DNA from: Candidatus Latescibacterota bacterium
GTDB lineage: Bacteria; Latescibacterota; UBA2968
NCBI GenBank assembly: GCA_965205975.1
Contig: OZ242195.1
Span: 736,001 to 800,000, forward strand
DNA length: 64,000 nt
Direction of reading: 5' to 3'
Both the position numbers and the translations under genes were made by a program. Positions 37,886 through 48,604 of the stretch are shown in pieces. How positions within the stretch are numbered: the first letter of the stretch is position 1; the number at the start of each line of letters is the position of its first letter. The notes below the pieces were generated by a model. That model was not told the DNA's origin, searched no databases, and saw nothing but the letters and a program-made list of their open reading frames with translations.

Positions 37886-39310
37886 TTACCTCGCCGTATA
37901 ATCCCCCTCCAAAATACAGGGGAGACCATCGCGGGCCATCAGTGCAATCCGCGCCAATCCATGCTGTAAAAAACTCGGTCCCATCTGCGACTCGTACCAA
38001 TCAATTCCCGACGCACCTCTCGGCAGATCGCCGTCCATATAAATGGCCACAAGCTTCTCGGCAAGGGCCAGGCCCCCGTCCAGCCACCTGGTTTCTCCCG
38101 TCAGATCATATAAATCTGCCAATAACTCCAATCCTAATCCGGCATCCATCGCCGGTACGGCAATGTCATCCGGGAAATCGGTTTCCAAATAGCTCTTTCC
38201 AACTGCGAGGGTCCACTCTAAAAGCCCTTGATAGGGCCGAATGCGATGGCCACACAGGGCAAATAGTGCGGCATAACAGGCGGGCCAGTTTCCATATACG
38301 CTGCCCCAAACCGGCATCGTCCCTTTCGCCTCGTTGGAACCCCGGTGAAAGGAATTCACATAGATACCCCGTTCCAGATCGTGGGGAGCTTTTAAAAATC
38401 CGTCGATATAAACGGCCGCCCGTTCTCTCATGCGGGTGGCCAGATCTGGTAACGCACCTGCAATCAACTCGGCGGATTCAAGCAGGCTCACCCCCAGGGA
38501 GAGCGTCTGTCCAGGCGCATTGATTTGATAAAAATCCACATCGTCCTCGGGCGACCGGCTCTCCGTCTGTAGCAGGCCCAGGTCGTCTCGCTTCTCCCAC
38601 CAGTAGTCCAGCATGGTTTCGATCTGTTGTACAAAATCCGTCCGACCCGTCTTCAAGTGGGCAAACGCCCAATCGAAAATGTAAAATCCCCCATGCCTCG
38701 GGAAATCGCAGGACCGCGTCCCCCGGGCATAGGGTCGTTTCTCATCGATATATGCATGCCGAATGTATTCCAGTGGCTCTCCTTCGGTCCAATGTCCGTT
38801 GATTCCCTCGGCAAAGCGCTCGACGCATGGCGGATTGAAGGCATACAGTTTTTCCCACAGCCAGAGCGGTGCCTGTCGCAGGTGATCGTGTGTCGTCTTG
38901 CTGGGCATTGCTCCCTCCCGCAACTGATAGCTGTCTGCCACCCGATCTTCCAATAGGTGCCAGTACGCGTGTTCTCCCCAGGGAAAAATACCCGTTATTG
39001 TATTCGTACAGTGGGTTGCAAACCGCTGCAAATACCGGTCTGCCGCCTGTGCATAATCCGGGCGGTCCAGCGCCTCGGCAAGCGCGTACATTGTCTTTAG
39101 CGCCGCCTGATCGTGGATCAGATTGCTGCCCAAGTGTGACCGATCGCCGTCCCGCTGTCCCGCAATCCCCGGCGGCATTTTCGTCATCATCTGATGGGTC
39201 GATCGATCAATAATCGAGGGGAATAACCCCTCATAGATCGCTCCCAATGCGACCAGAATATCCAGCGAACGGCACACTTTCTCAAGCATGGTTTCGGGGT
39301 TCATCAGCAT
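37886..39310 (-). CDS. Hypothetical (alpha/alpha)-barrel carbohydrate-active-like protein
   Basis: 474-aa ORF with GGAGG RBS; FPWGEH, FPRHGG and YDLTGETRWLD motifs. Confidence 0.6.
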   Translation of the reverse strand: MLMNPETMLEKVCRSLDILVALGAIYEGLFPSIIDRSTHQMMTKMPPGIAGQRDGDRSHLGSNLIHDQAALKTMYALAEALDRPDYAQAADRYLQRFATHCTNTITGIFPWGEHAYWHLLEDRVADSYQLREGAMPSKTTHDHLRQAPLWLWEKLYAFNPPCVERFAEGINGHWTEGEPLEYIRHAYIDEKRPYARGTRSCDFPRHGGFYIFDWAFAHLKTGRTDFVQQIETMLDYWWEKRDDLGLLQTESRSPEDDVDFYQINAPGQTLSLGVSLLESAELIAGALPDLATRMRERAAVYIDGFLKAPHDLERGIYVNSFHRGSNEAKGTMPVWGSVYGNWPACYAALFALCGHRIRPYQGLLEWTLAVGKSYLETDFPDDIAVPAMDAGLGLELLADLYDLTGETRWLDGGLALAEKLVAIYMDGDLPRGASGIDWYESQMGPSFLQHGLARIALMARDGLPCILEGDYTAR

Positions 39311-39330
39311 CCTCCGATCTAAAGAAAAGA

Positions 39331-39361
39331 ATTATATATAGCCTTTTAGGGGTCAGGTCAA
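39331..39361 (-). promoter_or_regulatory. Putative sigma70 promoter
   Basis: TTGACC-N17-TATATA(AT) upstream of 39310. Confidence 0.4.
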
Positions 39362-39416
39362 GTGGTGTAAGGCGTGGATTGAAAGGCAGAGAGGCAATAA
39401 TTTTCCACTGCTATGC

Positions 39417-40763
39417 TCAGGTTACCGATTCAATAAACCACTTTTCCCGAGACAGTTGGTAAATTAGCTGGGCAAAAAGGGAATTTGCGGTTCCGAAGCC
39501 ACGGGTGGGAGAGTTGTGGGGAATCCTGTTTGAGGAATCGTTTGGATCGACACACTCAAGCATATACTCAGTGTTGTCATCTGTTGCTTCGAGATAATCA
39601 ACAACAGTGAGGATTTCGTCATGGTCTGAAGTCGTGAGGGCTTGCATGACCAACCCCATTGGCCAGAGCCAGCCTATCTTTCCAAAATGCATTCCCCCCA
39701 GCCCTTTACCGAGAGATCCTTCGGCATAATAAGGGTTATCATGGCTCAAAATGAAGTTCCGTGTATTGCAGTAAACCGGATCGTTCTTATCGCAGAAACC
39801 GAAATAGGGCATAGAGAGCAGATTGGGGATATAACCTTCATCTGCAAGCTCGTAATGTCCAAAACCGTCTGTCTCATAACAATAGATTTTGCCATGACGC
39901 GGATGCTCAACAGTAGCATAGAGCGCAATCCCATCATCGATTTCTGTTTTGAGGTTTACCGCATAATCGGCCAGGCTTTCGTCACTGTAAATTGAGGTGG
40001 CAATTTCAACGATGTGGCTGAGCGTGACAGAGGCAAACATGTTGGATGGAATATAGTAACCGTATTTGCAGGTGTCATCACTCGGTCTGAAACCAGACCA
40101 GCTCATACCGGTATAGGTAACAGGCATACCCAAGCCGTCATTGGGCAATGACTCAATCTTATTGGGGCATTGGTAACGGTAAACTGAACGTTCGGTGTGA
40201 CGCTGTTCGAGCTTCCACTGTTCAACCAGCCGTCGGATTATTGCGTGAAACCAGAAGTCAAAAACATTGATCCGGCCAGTGGCTTGCCAATATTTAGCTG
40301 CCAGCCAGATGGGATAGCAGACGGCATCCAGTTCATACTTGCGCCGCCAGATCCAGGGATTCTCAAATGCGATTTCCCCCTCTCGTCGGACTTCCGGATT
40401 GGGTTCACGTTTAAAACTGTGAGCGTATGAATCGAGCAGCATGCACCTGACCTGTCGGCGAATTAAACCCGCAATCATACGGGCAAGGTTTTCATCTTTA
40501 GCTGCAAAAGGGAGGTACGGGATAACCCCGATAGCCATGTCCCGATGGTGGTTGATCGGCACCTGACCGATAAACGTTGTACCATCTTCAAGCAGTGTTG
40601 CTCTGCCTGCGGTAAACATCAGGCAATTGCTGTACATCTGCGCAAGTTTCGGTCGTTTGGCAAACAACTGTAAGACCCGTTCTGTTTCTTGGGTCAGGAC
40701 GGTCGGCTGAGGAAAATTTGCTGTCCACTGAGGACCAGGGGGATCATGCCACAGATTTGCCAT
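39417..40763 (-). CDS. GH125-like glycoside hydrolase (alpha-1,6-mannosidase family), divergent
   Basis: RKYELD, TGMSWSGFRPSDD, YETDGFG, NLLSMPY, WPM, ANSLF. Confidence 0.85.
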   Translation of the reverse strand: MANLWHDPPGPQWTANFPQPTVLTQETERVLQLFAKRPKLAQMYSNCLMFTAGRATLLEDGTTFIGQVPINHHRDMAIGVIPYLPFAAKDENLARMIAGLIRRQVRCMLLDSYAHSFKREPNPEVRREGEIAFENPWIWRRKYELDAVCYPIWLAAKYWQATGRINVFDFWFHAIIRRLVEQWKLEQRHTERSVYRYQCPNKIESLPNDGLGMPVTYTGMSWSGFRPSDDTCKYGYYIPSNMFASVTLSHIVEIATSIYSDESLADYAVNLKTEIDDGIALYATVEHPRHGKIYCYETDGFGHYELADEGYIPNLLSMPYFGFCDKNDPVYCNTRNFILSHDNPYYAEGSLGKGLGGMHFGKIGWLWPMGLVMQALTTSDHDEILTVVDYLEATDDNTEYMLECVDPNDSSNRIPHNSPTRGFGTANSLFAQLIYQLSREKWFIESVT

Positions 40764-40782
40764 TGGTGATTTTTTTCCCATA

Positions 40783-41742
40783 TCAGATCCTTGTACGGCG
40801 ACTTTCGTCTGACCAGGATAGGTGGATTTGGTCGGCAACGGAATCGCCGGTTTGAATGAGATCGAGAATCCAGTCATCGCAGTCATTGGGTGTGTGAAGC
40901 TGGTCTTTTGATGTGACGAGGCCGATTTCTTTGCGCTCGGTTGGGTGTTGTGGATTGATCCATTCGGCGCGATAGGTTCCTTCGCAGGTGATGTTGAAAG
41001 AGGTCTGCGTATGGAAATAGACCACGATGCGTTGGGCTTCGGCATCGGCAAGGCAATAGCCGTTGGTCACGAGATCCCGATTGGGGCTGAGAATGTAGAA
41101 CGGGAAGGTTTCAAACGCGTCCCAAACACGGTGAATGATGTCGTGAATGGGTTGCTTTTTGAGTGCGAGGTCTGGGCGTCCACTAAAACCCGAAGATGAG
41201 AGCCCGTCCATGTCGGCAAAGTTAATGGTTGCCCCAGAGAAAAGCATGGTAAACGCATTTTTGCGAATGTCGTCAGGCGTATAATCATGCCCGATGCGAT
41301 TGCCGTGCAATTCGTTGCCCGGCCAAAGCGTTTCTTGTGCATAGAGTGGTTTGGCGGGATAGCTGTTGCGAATGTGATCTTTGTAGAGCTTTTCTCTGTC
41401 AACCGTTTTGGGGCCTTGCAGAATGACGTAAGAGACCCAATCTTCTTGTCGAAAATAATCATCGCCTGTGGGGTTGTGTACCGATACCAGATGATCGAAT
41501 GGGTCGTTATCGCGAATGAACCGACCGATGCGGTTCACATCTTCGGGTGTGAGGTAACGACCGTTTTTCATGTGGGGTTCTGGGCCGCCTACCATGAACA
41601 GCACATTCCAGTAGGGTGCCAGGCGTGCGATTGTGTAGCGGATATAAGCTTCTTGTCTGGCGGGGTCTTTGGGGTGGTTAGACTCTCGGCCTAAAAAGCC
41701 AGCGAATGGATATTCGAACATGTCCCATTGGCCGACTTGCAT
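40783..41742 (-). pseudogene. Internally deleted DUF5060/DUF4038-type gene with a truncated C-terminal domain
   Basis: MQVGQWDMFE joined straight to YPFAGF..YTIARLAPYWNV; ends just after QIHLSW, which resembles the start of a purple-acid-phosphatase N-domain. Confidence 0.55.
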
Positions 41743-41770
41743 GACTCATTCCTTTGTTCTTCCTGTTTTT

Positions 41771-44700
41771 TTAAAATCCGTCCGTCGAACGGCTCAAGCT
41801 GTACCGGGCATTTGTGACCAGAGAGATAATATCCTCCAGAATCATATACAGACAGGGCACTAACAAAAGAATTATAGACGTTGCGAAAACAATACCAAAT
41901 CCGAGAGAGATTGCCATAGGAATGAGATAATAAGCCTGGCGGGATGTCTCCAAAATAATCGGTGTCAAACCACCGAACGTTGTCAACGTCGTCAGAATAA
42001 TAGGCTTGAAGCGCCGAAGCCCAGCAGTATGAATCGCCTCAAAAGCCGAACTATGGGCACGCCTTTTATTTGCATAATCGATCATAATCAGTGAGTCATT
42101 TACCACAACACCCGACAGGGCGATCACCCCCATCAAACTGATAAGCGACAAATCATAACCGAGCAAAATATGACCGATCACAGCGCCCACAATTCCAAAC
42201 GGAATCGCCGCCATCACAATCAAGGGCTGGACATAGCTGCCAAATGCAATGGCGAGTAACATATACACAATGGCCATCGCCATGGCAAACCCGCCCCATA
42301 GTGCCTGCGTTGACTCGCGCATCTCAGCCTGCGTCCCCTGAAACGTCCAGGTTAATCCGGGATACTCAGCGCGAATTTGTGGCAACACATCGGTTTTAAT
42401 CGCTTCCATAACGCGCGTCATCGCTCGCTTGGGTTCCACATCCATACTCACCGTCACCACGCGCCGACCATCTCGCCGATTAATACTTGTAAACGCTTCG
42501 CCGCGCTCAATATCTACCACATCCATCAAAGGTGCTTCTGTGCCATCAGGTGTACGCACAACAAATTCTTCGAGATGGCGAATATCCTTTCGCTCTGCCA
42601 TCGGTAATTTCACGCGCATTTCAATTTCATTTGTACCGCGCAACTGACGCATCGCCAGTGCGCCGAAAAATGCATCGCGCAACTGACGCCCTACCTCAAC
42701 CGGCGTCAATCCCAAATTTCGGCCTTCCGGACGCAATACAAAATCAAACTGCGCTTTGCCTTTATTGTAATTGTCACTCACATCGTGCGTCTCTTCAAAC
42801 CCTTCGGCGCGCTCTAAAAATGCTCGACTGGCTTTGGCCAACACGTCAATATCCGAATGGCTCAAATCGACACTGATATCCTGTTGCCAGCCGCCCGGCC
42901 CACTCTCGGCCTCAAACGTAATCTGATTGACACCATCAATATCCCCGATGTTATCGCGCCATAGTGAGATGATCTCTCCTGTCGTCATATCGTGTTCATC
43001 GGGCGGTTTCATCACAATTTCTACATCGATAAAACTCCCCCTGCGCACATTGGTTTTAATCCCTTCGGCCACGCGATAAAGGTTGTGCGCTTCAAACATG
43101 TGATGGGTCGATTCGGTCACATCATGTGCAACCCGCGCTGCTTGATCCCGCGTGGTCCCCACAGGCAATCGGATACCCGCCTCAATCTCATCGGCAGAAA
43201 CTTCGGGCATCATAATCATACCCATATGATCGCTGTATCCATAACCGCCCACCATCACCAGCAAAGCAACAGCAGATGCAACCGTAACGTACCGATACCG
43301 AATGCATACATCCAGAAACCTGCGATAGTGTTGGTCGATAAACCGATTGAAATGGCTGGCAATAGATCGTTGCCAGCGATGCACAGTGCCATTTACCGGG
43401 GAAACAGCGCGTTTTGAAAGGTGCCCGAGATGCGCAGGCAAAATAAATAGCGCCTCCAAAAGAGACACGGCCAGCACAGTGATCACAACCGCAGGCAATG
43501 GCCACCAGAATTTTCCCGTGGTGCCGGGCATAAATAAAAGCGGCACAAAAGCCACAATCGTAGTCAAAATGCTGAACGTAACCGGCTTGGCAATATCGCG
43601 TGTACCCGCAATGGCCGCCTGCATCGGACCCATACCTTGTTCCCGATATTCATGCACATTTTCACCCACAACAATCGCATCATCCACCACAATGCCGAGC
43701 ACCACCAAAAATGCAAACATAGAAACCATATTGATGCTTACATCAATAGCAGGCAGAAACACCAGACTGCCTATGAAAGAAATGGCCATCCCCATCATCA
43801 CCCAAAATGCAAGCCGAAACTCGAGGAACATCGCCAGAATAAGCAAAACAATCACAATAGCTAGCACCCCGTTTTCGATCAGCAAAAACAACCGATCTTT
43901 GTAATCCTCTGCACTGTTGCTGTCGATCCGATACTTCACACCAGGCGGCAGGGTGGTCTCAAAATCTGCCATGATATTTTTAACGGCCTCGGCAATCTCA
44001 AGTGGCGATTGATTCCCAATCCGATAGATATCCACACCAACTGTAAGCTGCCGATTAAACCGTTCGTGAAATCCGCCTTCTTCAAAGCCATCGGTGATCT
44101 TTGCCAGGTCCGCCAGTGTAACCCCACCGCCTCCTTCTGAAGGGATAATCACAATACGACTATATTCATTGGCCCACTGCTTGCGCTCTTTCATGCGCAA
44201 CAAAATTTCGCCCGTACCCGTCTCCACAGAACCCGCAGGAATGTCTTCACTCGACGCAACAATCACGCGTGCCACATCGCGTAGTGTAAGACCGTATTCA
44301 CGCAACCTGTGCTGAGGAATTTCAATATGCGTCCTGTATTCTGGCACATTGCCAAGCTCAACCTGTGTAATGGTCGGATCGCTCAGCAATCGATCCCTTA
44401 GCTGTTCGGCCAGACTTCTCAGCGTACCGATATCTACATCGCCATACAGCCCAATATCCATCACATTGCGCTGTTGTGCCCTCAGGCTGACTTCGGGTTG
44501 TTCTATATCATCGGGAAATGTCCGAATCCGATTGACTGCCTGATCAATATCCTGAAAGGCTTTCCCCCGGTTGGTGCCTGCCACCAGTTCGATGGTCACA
44601 CTCCCACGCCCTTCGCGAGCCTGCGACGTCATTTCCATGATCCCCTGCACACCGCGCACAGCTTCTTCTATCGGCTGTAAAATCCCCTGTTCTACCTCCG

Positions 44701-44905
44701 CAGGTGCCGCACCCGGATAGCCCACACTGACCGAGACGATATCCAGTTCATACTGCGGATAGACCTCCTTCTGGATATGAAAAGCCGTCCAGATCCCGCC
44801 CCCAACGAGGATGACCATAAACAGATTGGCCGCAATAGCATTGCGCGCCATCCAGGCAATCGGACCTCGTGCTTCTTCAAATGTATCCTGTGTCTCATTC
44901 ATCAC
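41771..44905 (-). CDS. RND efflux transporter permease (AcrB family)
   Basis: [27 protein letters not shown]; 1044 aa. Confidence 0.94.
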   Translation of the reverse strand: MMNETQDTFEEARGPIAWMARNAIAANLFMVILVGGGIWTAFHIQKEVYPQYELDIVSVSVGYPGAAPAEVEQGILQPIEEAVRGVQGIMEMTSQAREGRGSVTIELVAGTNRGKAFQDIDQAVNRIRTFPDDIEQPEVSLRAQQRNVMDIGLYGDVDIGTLRSLAEQLRDRLLSDPTITQVELGNVPEYRTHIEIPQHRLREYGLTLRDVARVIVASSEDIPAGSVETGTGEILLRMKERKQWANEYSRIVIIPSEGGGGVTLADLAKITDGFEEGGFHERFNRQLTVGVDIYRIGNQSPLEIAEAVKNIMADFETTLPPGVKYRIDSNSAEDYKDRLFLLIENGVLAIVIVLLILAMFLEFRLAFWVMMGMAISFIGSLVFLPAIDVSINMVSMFAFLVVLGIVVDDAIVVGENVHEYREQGMGPMQAAIAGTRDIAKPVTFSILTTIVAFVPLLFMPGTTGKFWWPLPAVVITVLAVSLLEALFILPAHLGHLSKRAVSPVNGTVHRWQRSIASHFNRFIDQHYRRFLDVCIRYRYVTVASAVALLVMVGGYGYSDHMGMIMMPEVSADEIEAGIRLPVGTTRDQAARVAHDVTESTHHMFEAHNLYRVAEGIKTNVRRGSFIDVEIVMKPPDEHDMTTGEIISLWRDNIGDIDGVNQITFEAESGPGGWQQDISVDLSHSDIDVLAKASRAFLERAEGFEETHDVSDNYNKGKAQFDFVLRPEGRNLGLTPVEVGRQLRDAFFGALAMRQLRGTNEIEMRVKLPMAERKDIRHLEEFVVRTPDGTEAPLMDVVDIERGEAFTSINRRDGRRVVTVSMDVEPKRAMTRVMEAIKTDVLPQIRAEYPGLTWTFQGTQAEMRESTQALWGGFAMAMAIVYMLLAIAFGSYVQPLIVMAAIPFGIVGAVIGHILLGYDLSLISLMGVIALSGVVVNDSLIMIDYANKRRAHSSAFEAIHTAGLRRFKPIILTTLTTFGGLTPIILETSRQAYYLIPMAISLGFGIVFATSIILLLVPCLYMILEDIISLVTNARYSLSRSTDGF

Positions 44906-46101
44906 CGGGTGCCTCCCAGGGTTTTAGGATCTTCCTTTCCAACGCTTTTCACACGCAATTCTGCACCATCAGCCACTCGAGACAAATTGGTCGTAACCAC
45001 CCGATCCTTATCCTGCAACCCATCCGATATATAAGCATAGTCGGCATCTTGAAAAACGATCTCGACAGACCGAATCCGCAACAGACCGTCTTTCATCACC
45101 CAGACCGTATTGCCAGCCCGGATATAATCGCGTGCCAGACGCACCACATTGGGAATTTCGTTGGCCTCAATATACGTCTCGACAAATGCGCCAATCATCA
45201 ATGGAGACAGATGATCAGATCCATCCTGATGGGCAAGCGGATCAGAAACAGAAACCAGTACCCGCGCCATACGCGTCTTTTCTGCCAAAGCACCAATGAG
45301 TCTGTGAAGAGAGCCTGTGCGATAAGCACCTTTTTTTTGGGTCACACGATTGCGAATCTGTACCAACGATCCCCTTTCTGCCTCGCTGCTGGGAAAAGAA
45401 AGCCACGGAATTTTGGAAAGCGGAACGGTTGTCACCACCCAGTATGTATCCAGACCAACCAGACGCCCGAGATTATCGCGTGGAGAAACCAGAGAACCCA
45501 CATTGGCATTGCGACTTAAAATGTGCGCGTCAAAAGGCGCTTTAATGGTTGTTCTCTGCAATTCCAGTTCAGCCTGATTCACTGCCGCCTGCGCCGCTTC
45601 TACCCGTGCCCGAGTTGCATTGAGCTGAGGTTGGCGCAGCACAAGCGCCTCAAGCTCACCAGACAGCGTCTCATTCAGAATCTGATAATCTTTCTGCGCC
45701 ACATTCTGCCGTCCCATCTCAATATTCAAATCAGCAGTGGCACGACGCAGATCGCTCTTTTTTTCCAAAAGTGCATTCTGATAATCTGCCGGATCAATCT
45801 GCAACAGTACCTGACCCTTTTTGACAAACCCACCCGGCGTAAAAGTTGATGACAGCGAAAGTACCCGTCCACCGACTTGTGGACTCAGGATGATATCCTG
45901 TTCTGCTTCAACCGTCCCTGTCGCCACAATCACAGGGCGATACGTGCCGCGTTGCACCTCAAACACATCGACGAGCATCGCGGTTTTCTTAGTCGCCGCA
46001 ACGCGCGTCGCCGTAGGCTCCGTCATAAAAATCAGCGCAGTAATACCTGCACCCACAATCAAAATACAAAAACAAATAATCAGCCCTTTTTTGCTATCCA
46101 C
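44902..46101 (-). CDS. RND periplasmic adaptor (membrane fusion protein)
   Basis: N-terminal TM helix, [22 protein letters not shown] start inferred. Confidence 0.9.
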   Translation of the reverse strand: MDSKKGLIICFCILIVGAGITALIFMTEPTATRVAATKKTAMLVDVFEVQRGTYRPVIVATGTVEAEQDIILSPQVGGRVLSLSSTFTPGGFVKKGQVLLQIDPADYQNALLEKKSDLRRATADLNIEMGRQNVAQKDYQILNETLSGELEALVLRQPQLNATRARVEAAQAAVNQAELELQRTTIKAPFDAHILSRNANVGSLVSPRDNLGRLVGLDTYWVVTTVPLSKIPWLSFPSSEAERGSLVQIRNRVTQKKGAYRTGSLHRLIGALAEKTRMARVLVSVSDPLAHQDGSDHLSPLMIGAFVETYIEANEIPNVVRLARDYIRAGNTVWVMKDGLLRIRSVEIVFQDADYAYISDGLQDKDRVVTTNLSRVADGAELRVKSVGKEDPKTLGGTR

Positions 46102-46117
46102 GTTATGCCATCCGTTT

Positions 46118-47476
46118 TTATAATGATTTGTTACGAGCAATTTCAAAACCACCTGCGAGCGCCCGATAAAGCGCAATGCGGAATTCCAGCAAATCGAGTT
46201 TCGCAGAGATCAACGCTCGCCGGAGCCTCTGTTCGTTTGTCAGCGCGGTAAGCACGTCGAGATAATCGCTGATGCCATTTAAGTACTCCAGCCTTAACTG
46301 ATCATACGTCTGCCTCACCAGAGCGACCTGCGCTTCGAGACTCGCGATGCGTTCAACCTGTTTTTGTTCTTGAACCAATGCATTTTCCACTTCGGCAAAT
46401 GCCGTCAAAACCGTCTGCCCATAAGCCGACAGTTGCGCGCTTTTGTTGGCTTGATTGTGCTTGATTTCTGCCCCCCGTTCACCACCATCGATAACGGGTA
46501 GCAAAAGATTGCCTATCAGATTGCCCACCCAATCTTTAAACAGACCACCGCGATCATCACCCGATGCCAATGCTGCCAGGCTCAAACGCGGATACCGATT
46601 GCTGATAGCAACCGCCACATCGCGATCCGCCGCCAGCAGCAGGTTATAAGCCCTTTTGACATCTGGACGTCGCTGAATCAATTCAACGGGCAAACCCGTA
46701 TCCGGCAGAGGTGGCAGATCTGGCAAAGCGCGATGCGTGTAGGCAATTCCATCCTGAGGGGCATAGCCCGACAGAACAGCGAGTTGGTGTTCTAACACCT
46801 CGATTCTGGATTCTGTCACGATTTTTTGTTCGCGTGTGGATTCGATCAATTGCCTTTGTCGCAAAATATCCACACTGCGAATCTGCCCACTGCCAAAACG
46901 CGCGCGAATCAGACTCAGCACTTGCTGGTTGGTCTCAATCTGATGCTCAAAAAGTTCGTGCTGACTTTGTGCTTCCATCAACTGAAAATAAGTACGCACG
47001 ACCTCTGCTGAAAGCGACAATGCCGCAGTCTGATAATCCGCCTCAGTCGCCCGCATTCGATAACGCGCGGCATCCACACCCGAACGAATCTGCCCCCACA
47101 GATCTATTTCGTATTCGGACGTGATGCCCAAACGGATCTGTGCATTATTTTCAGAATCGGGACGTTGAACCTCACCGCGCCCGGATACTTCCAGCGTTGG
47201 AAACCGGCCAGCCCCTTCGCGATCCACAACAGCCTGTGCACTTCGCAACCGATGCCACGCTGTTTCCAAATTGAAATTGGACTGCAATGCGCGATCGACC
47301 AGGCTGTCCATACGCGCATCTCCAAAAGCGGTCCACCACCGTTCAGAAAGCGCCTGTGAGGCATGACTGGAAAAAGCTGTGGGAGGTTCAAAAGGAAGGG
47401 TGAGATTTGCAGACCTGGGCGAACACCCAAAAACAAACACGGGCCAGATCAAAAGAAATAAGCGAACATATAGCAT
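46118..47476 (-). CDS. RND outer-membrane factor lipoprotein (TolC/OprM family)
   Basis: Lipobox VFGC, WWTAFGD, YEIDLWG, RRPDV, LYRALAGG. Confidence 0.9.
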   Translation of the reverse strand: MLYVRLFLLIWPVFVFGCSPRSANLTLPFEPPTAFSSHASQALSERWWTAFGDARMDSLVDRALQSNFNLETAWHRLRSAQAVVDREGAGRFPTLEVSGRGEVQRPDSENNAQIRLGITSEYEIDLWGQIRSGVDAARYRMRATEADYQTAALSLSAEVVRTYFQLMEAQSQHELFEHQIETNQQVLSLIRARFGSGQIRSVDILRQRQLIESTREQKIVTESRIEVLEHQLAVLSGYAPQDGIAYTHRALPDLPPLPDTGLPVELIQRRPDVKRAYNLLLAADRDVAVAISNRYPRLSLAALASGDDRGGLFKDWVGNLIGNLLLPVIDGGERGAEIKHNQANKSAQLSAYGQTVLTAFAEVENALVQEQKQVERIASLEAQVALVRQTYDQLRLEYLNGISDYLDVLTALTNEQRLRRALISAKLDLLEFRIALYRALAGGFEIARNKSL

Positions 47477-47613
47477 GTGTAAGATAATTTCCAAATGACA
47501 ACAAAAAAAGTTACTGTAGTGTAAACCGCCACAATATAATAACCAAATAGAATTATGGAAGCAAGTAACCACTTACTTATTTGCCAATTATTTTTCAGGC
47601 GGGCAGATCGGGT

Positions 47614-47733
47614 CTATGCGGAAAACCCCAGGCCCGAAGCGTTGAATACGTCGATGAGGTCGGCGCCGTGCTTGTCGCCGACGCGGTTGAGCAGTTGGCG
47701 GCGAGTGAAGTTGCGGCCAAAGAGCCTGGGCAT
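47614..47733 (-). pseudogene. 5' stub of a DUF4432/aldose-1-epimerase-like gene
   Basis: AGGAGG RBS then MPRLFGRNFTRRQLLNRVGDKHGADLIDVFNASGLGFSA*. Confidence 0.6.
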
Positions 47734-47766
47734 GGGGGACCTCCTGTAGGAAATACTAATCGGTTG

Positions 47767-48591
47767 TTAATGATCAAGGATCTGAAATTCGACCTGAACC
47801 GGTTTATGGTCGGATGGATAAACACCGTCAATATTGTAGTCCACGACCTCATACGAACGGACTTCAACGTTCCCTCTGAACAAAATCCAGTCGATTCCGT
47901 TGCCGCCTTCTATACTGTCTTTCAGTACGCCAGGCTCTGCCGAGCCTTTATCCCCGACAAATGTTTTATAGACATCGCTCCCCGGTCTTGCGTTGAAATC
48001 TGCCAACAGAAATACAGGGCGCGGCCTGGTCCATTCACCAAACCGGTCGAGCGCACGGACCCGCTCGACAATTAGTCTTGCACTATTCAGCCTTGCCAGA
48101 GCCATTCCCTCGCCTGGGGCCAGATGCGTGTTGAAGACATACATCTCCTGAGTATTCTCCCAGTGCCCCCTGTAGTCCATTGGGTAGGGACTCGTTTCTC
48201 TATCTGCCGGTCTGTTGATGATCGCGAGGCGGGCCCATGTGACCATACGAGGATTGTTAGCAGGGCCGCTACCGATGACTTCCGGCGTTTCCGATAGCTG
48301 AAAACTGCCCATTTCCCTGAGTCGGAATCTATCGCGCTTGAAGAAGATGGCCATATGCTCGTCATCATCCCCTCCCTTTCGGCCTTCTCCGATGACCACG
48401 TATTCGGGCAAATGATCCATCAGATAGTCGATCTGCTCCTTCAAGCCTTCCTGGGTACCAATGATGTCGGGATTGTGTTTGCGAATCAGTGCCACTTGCA
48501 TATCGCGCCGCACTTCCCAGGGCGGCTCAAACGTGGGACTGGCATATTTCAGGTTATAAGTCATAAACTTGATCGTCTTCTCGTCGGCCAT
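47767..48591 (-). CDS. Endonuclease/exonuclease/phosphatase (EEP) family protein
   Basis: MTYNL, GTQE, NTHL, DFNA, IDWI, SDHKP. Confidence 0.9.
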   Translation of the reverse strand: MADEKTIKFMTYNLKYASPTFEPPWEVRRDMQVALIRKHNPDIIGTQEGLKEQIDYLMDHLPEYVVIGEGRKGGDDDEHMAIFFKRDRFRLREMGSFQLSETPEVIGSGPANNPRMVTWARLAIINRPADRETSPYPMDYRGHWENTQEMYVFNTHLAPGEGMALARLNSARLIVERVRALDRFGEWTRPRPVFLLADFNARPGSDVYKTFVGDKGSAEPGVLKDSIEGGNGIDWILFRGNVEVRSYEVVDYNIDGVYPSDHKPVQVEFQILDH

Positions 48592-48604
48592 CGGATCTCC
48601 TCAT

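Noticed and set aside
40764..41051. N-terminal extensions in the ORF track (also 7813, 9428, 11503, 27141, 30562, 46176, 47572)
   Set aside because: They overlap neighbouring genes or spacers; downstream starts fit RBS position or family N-termini better.
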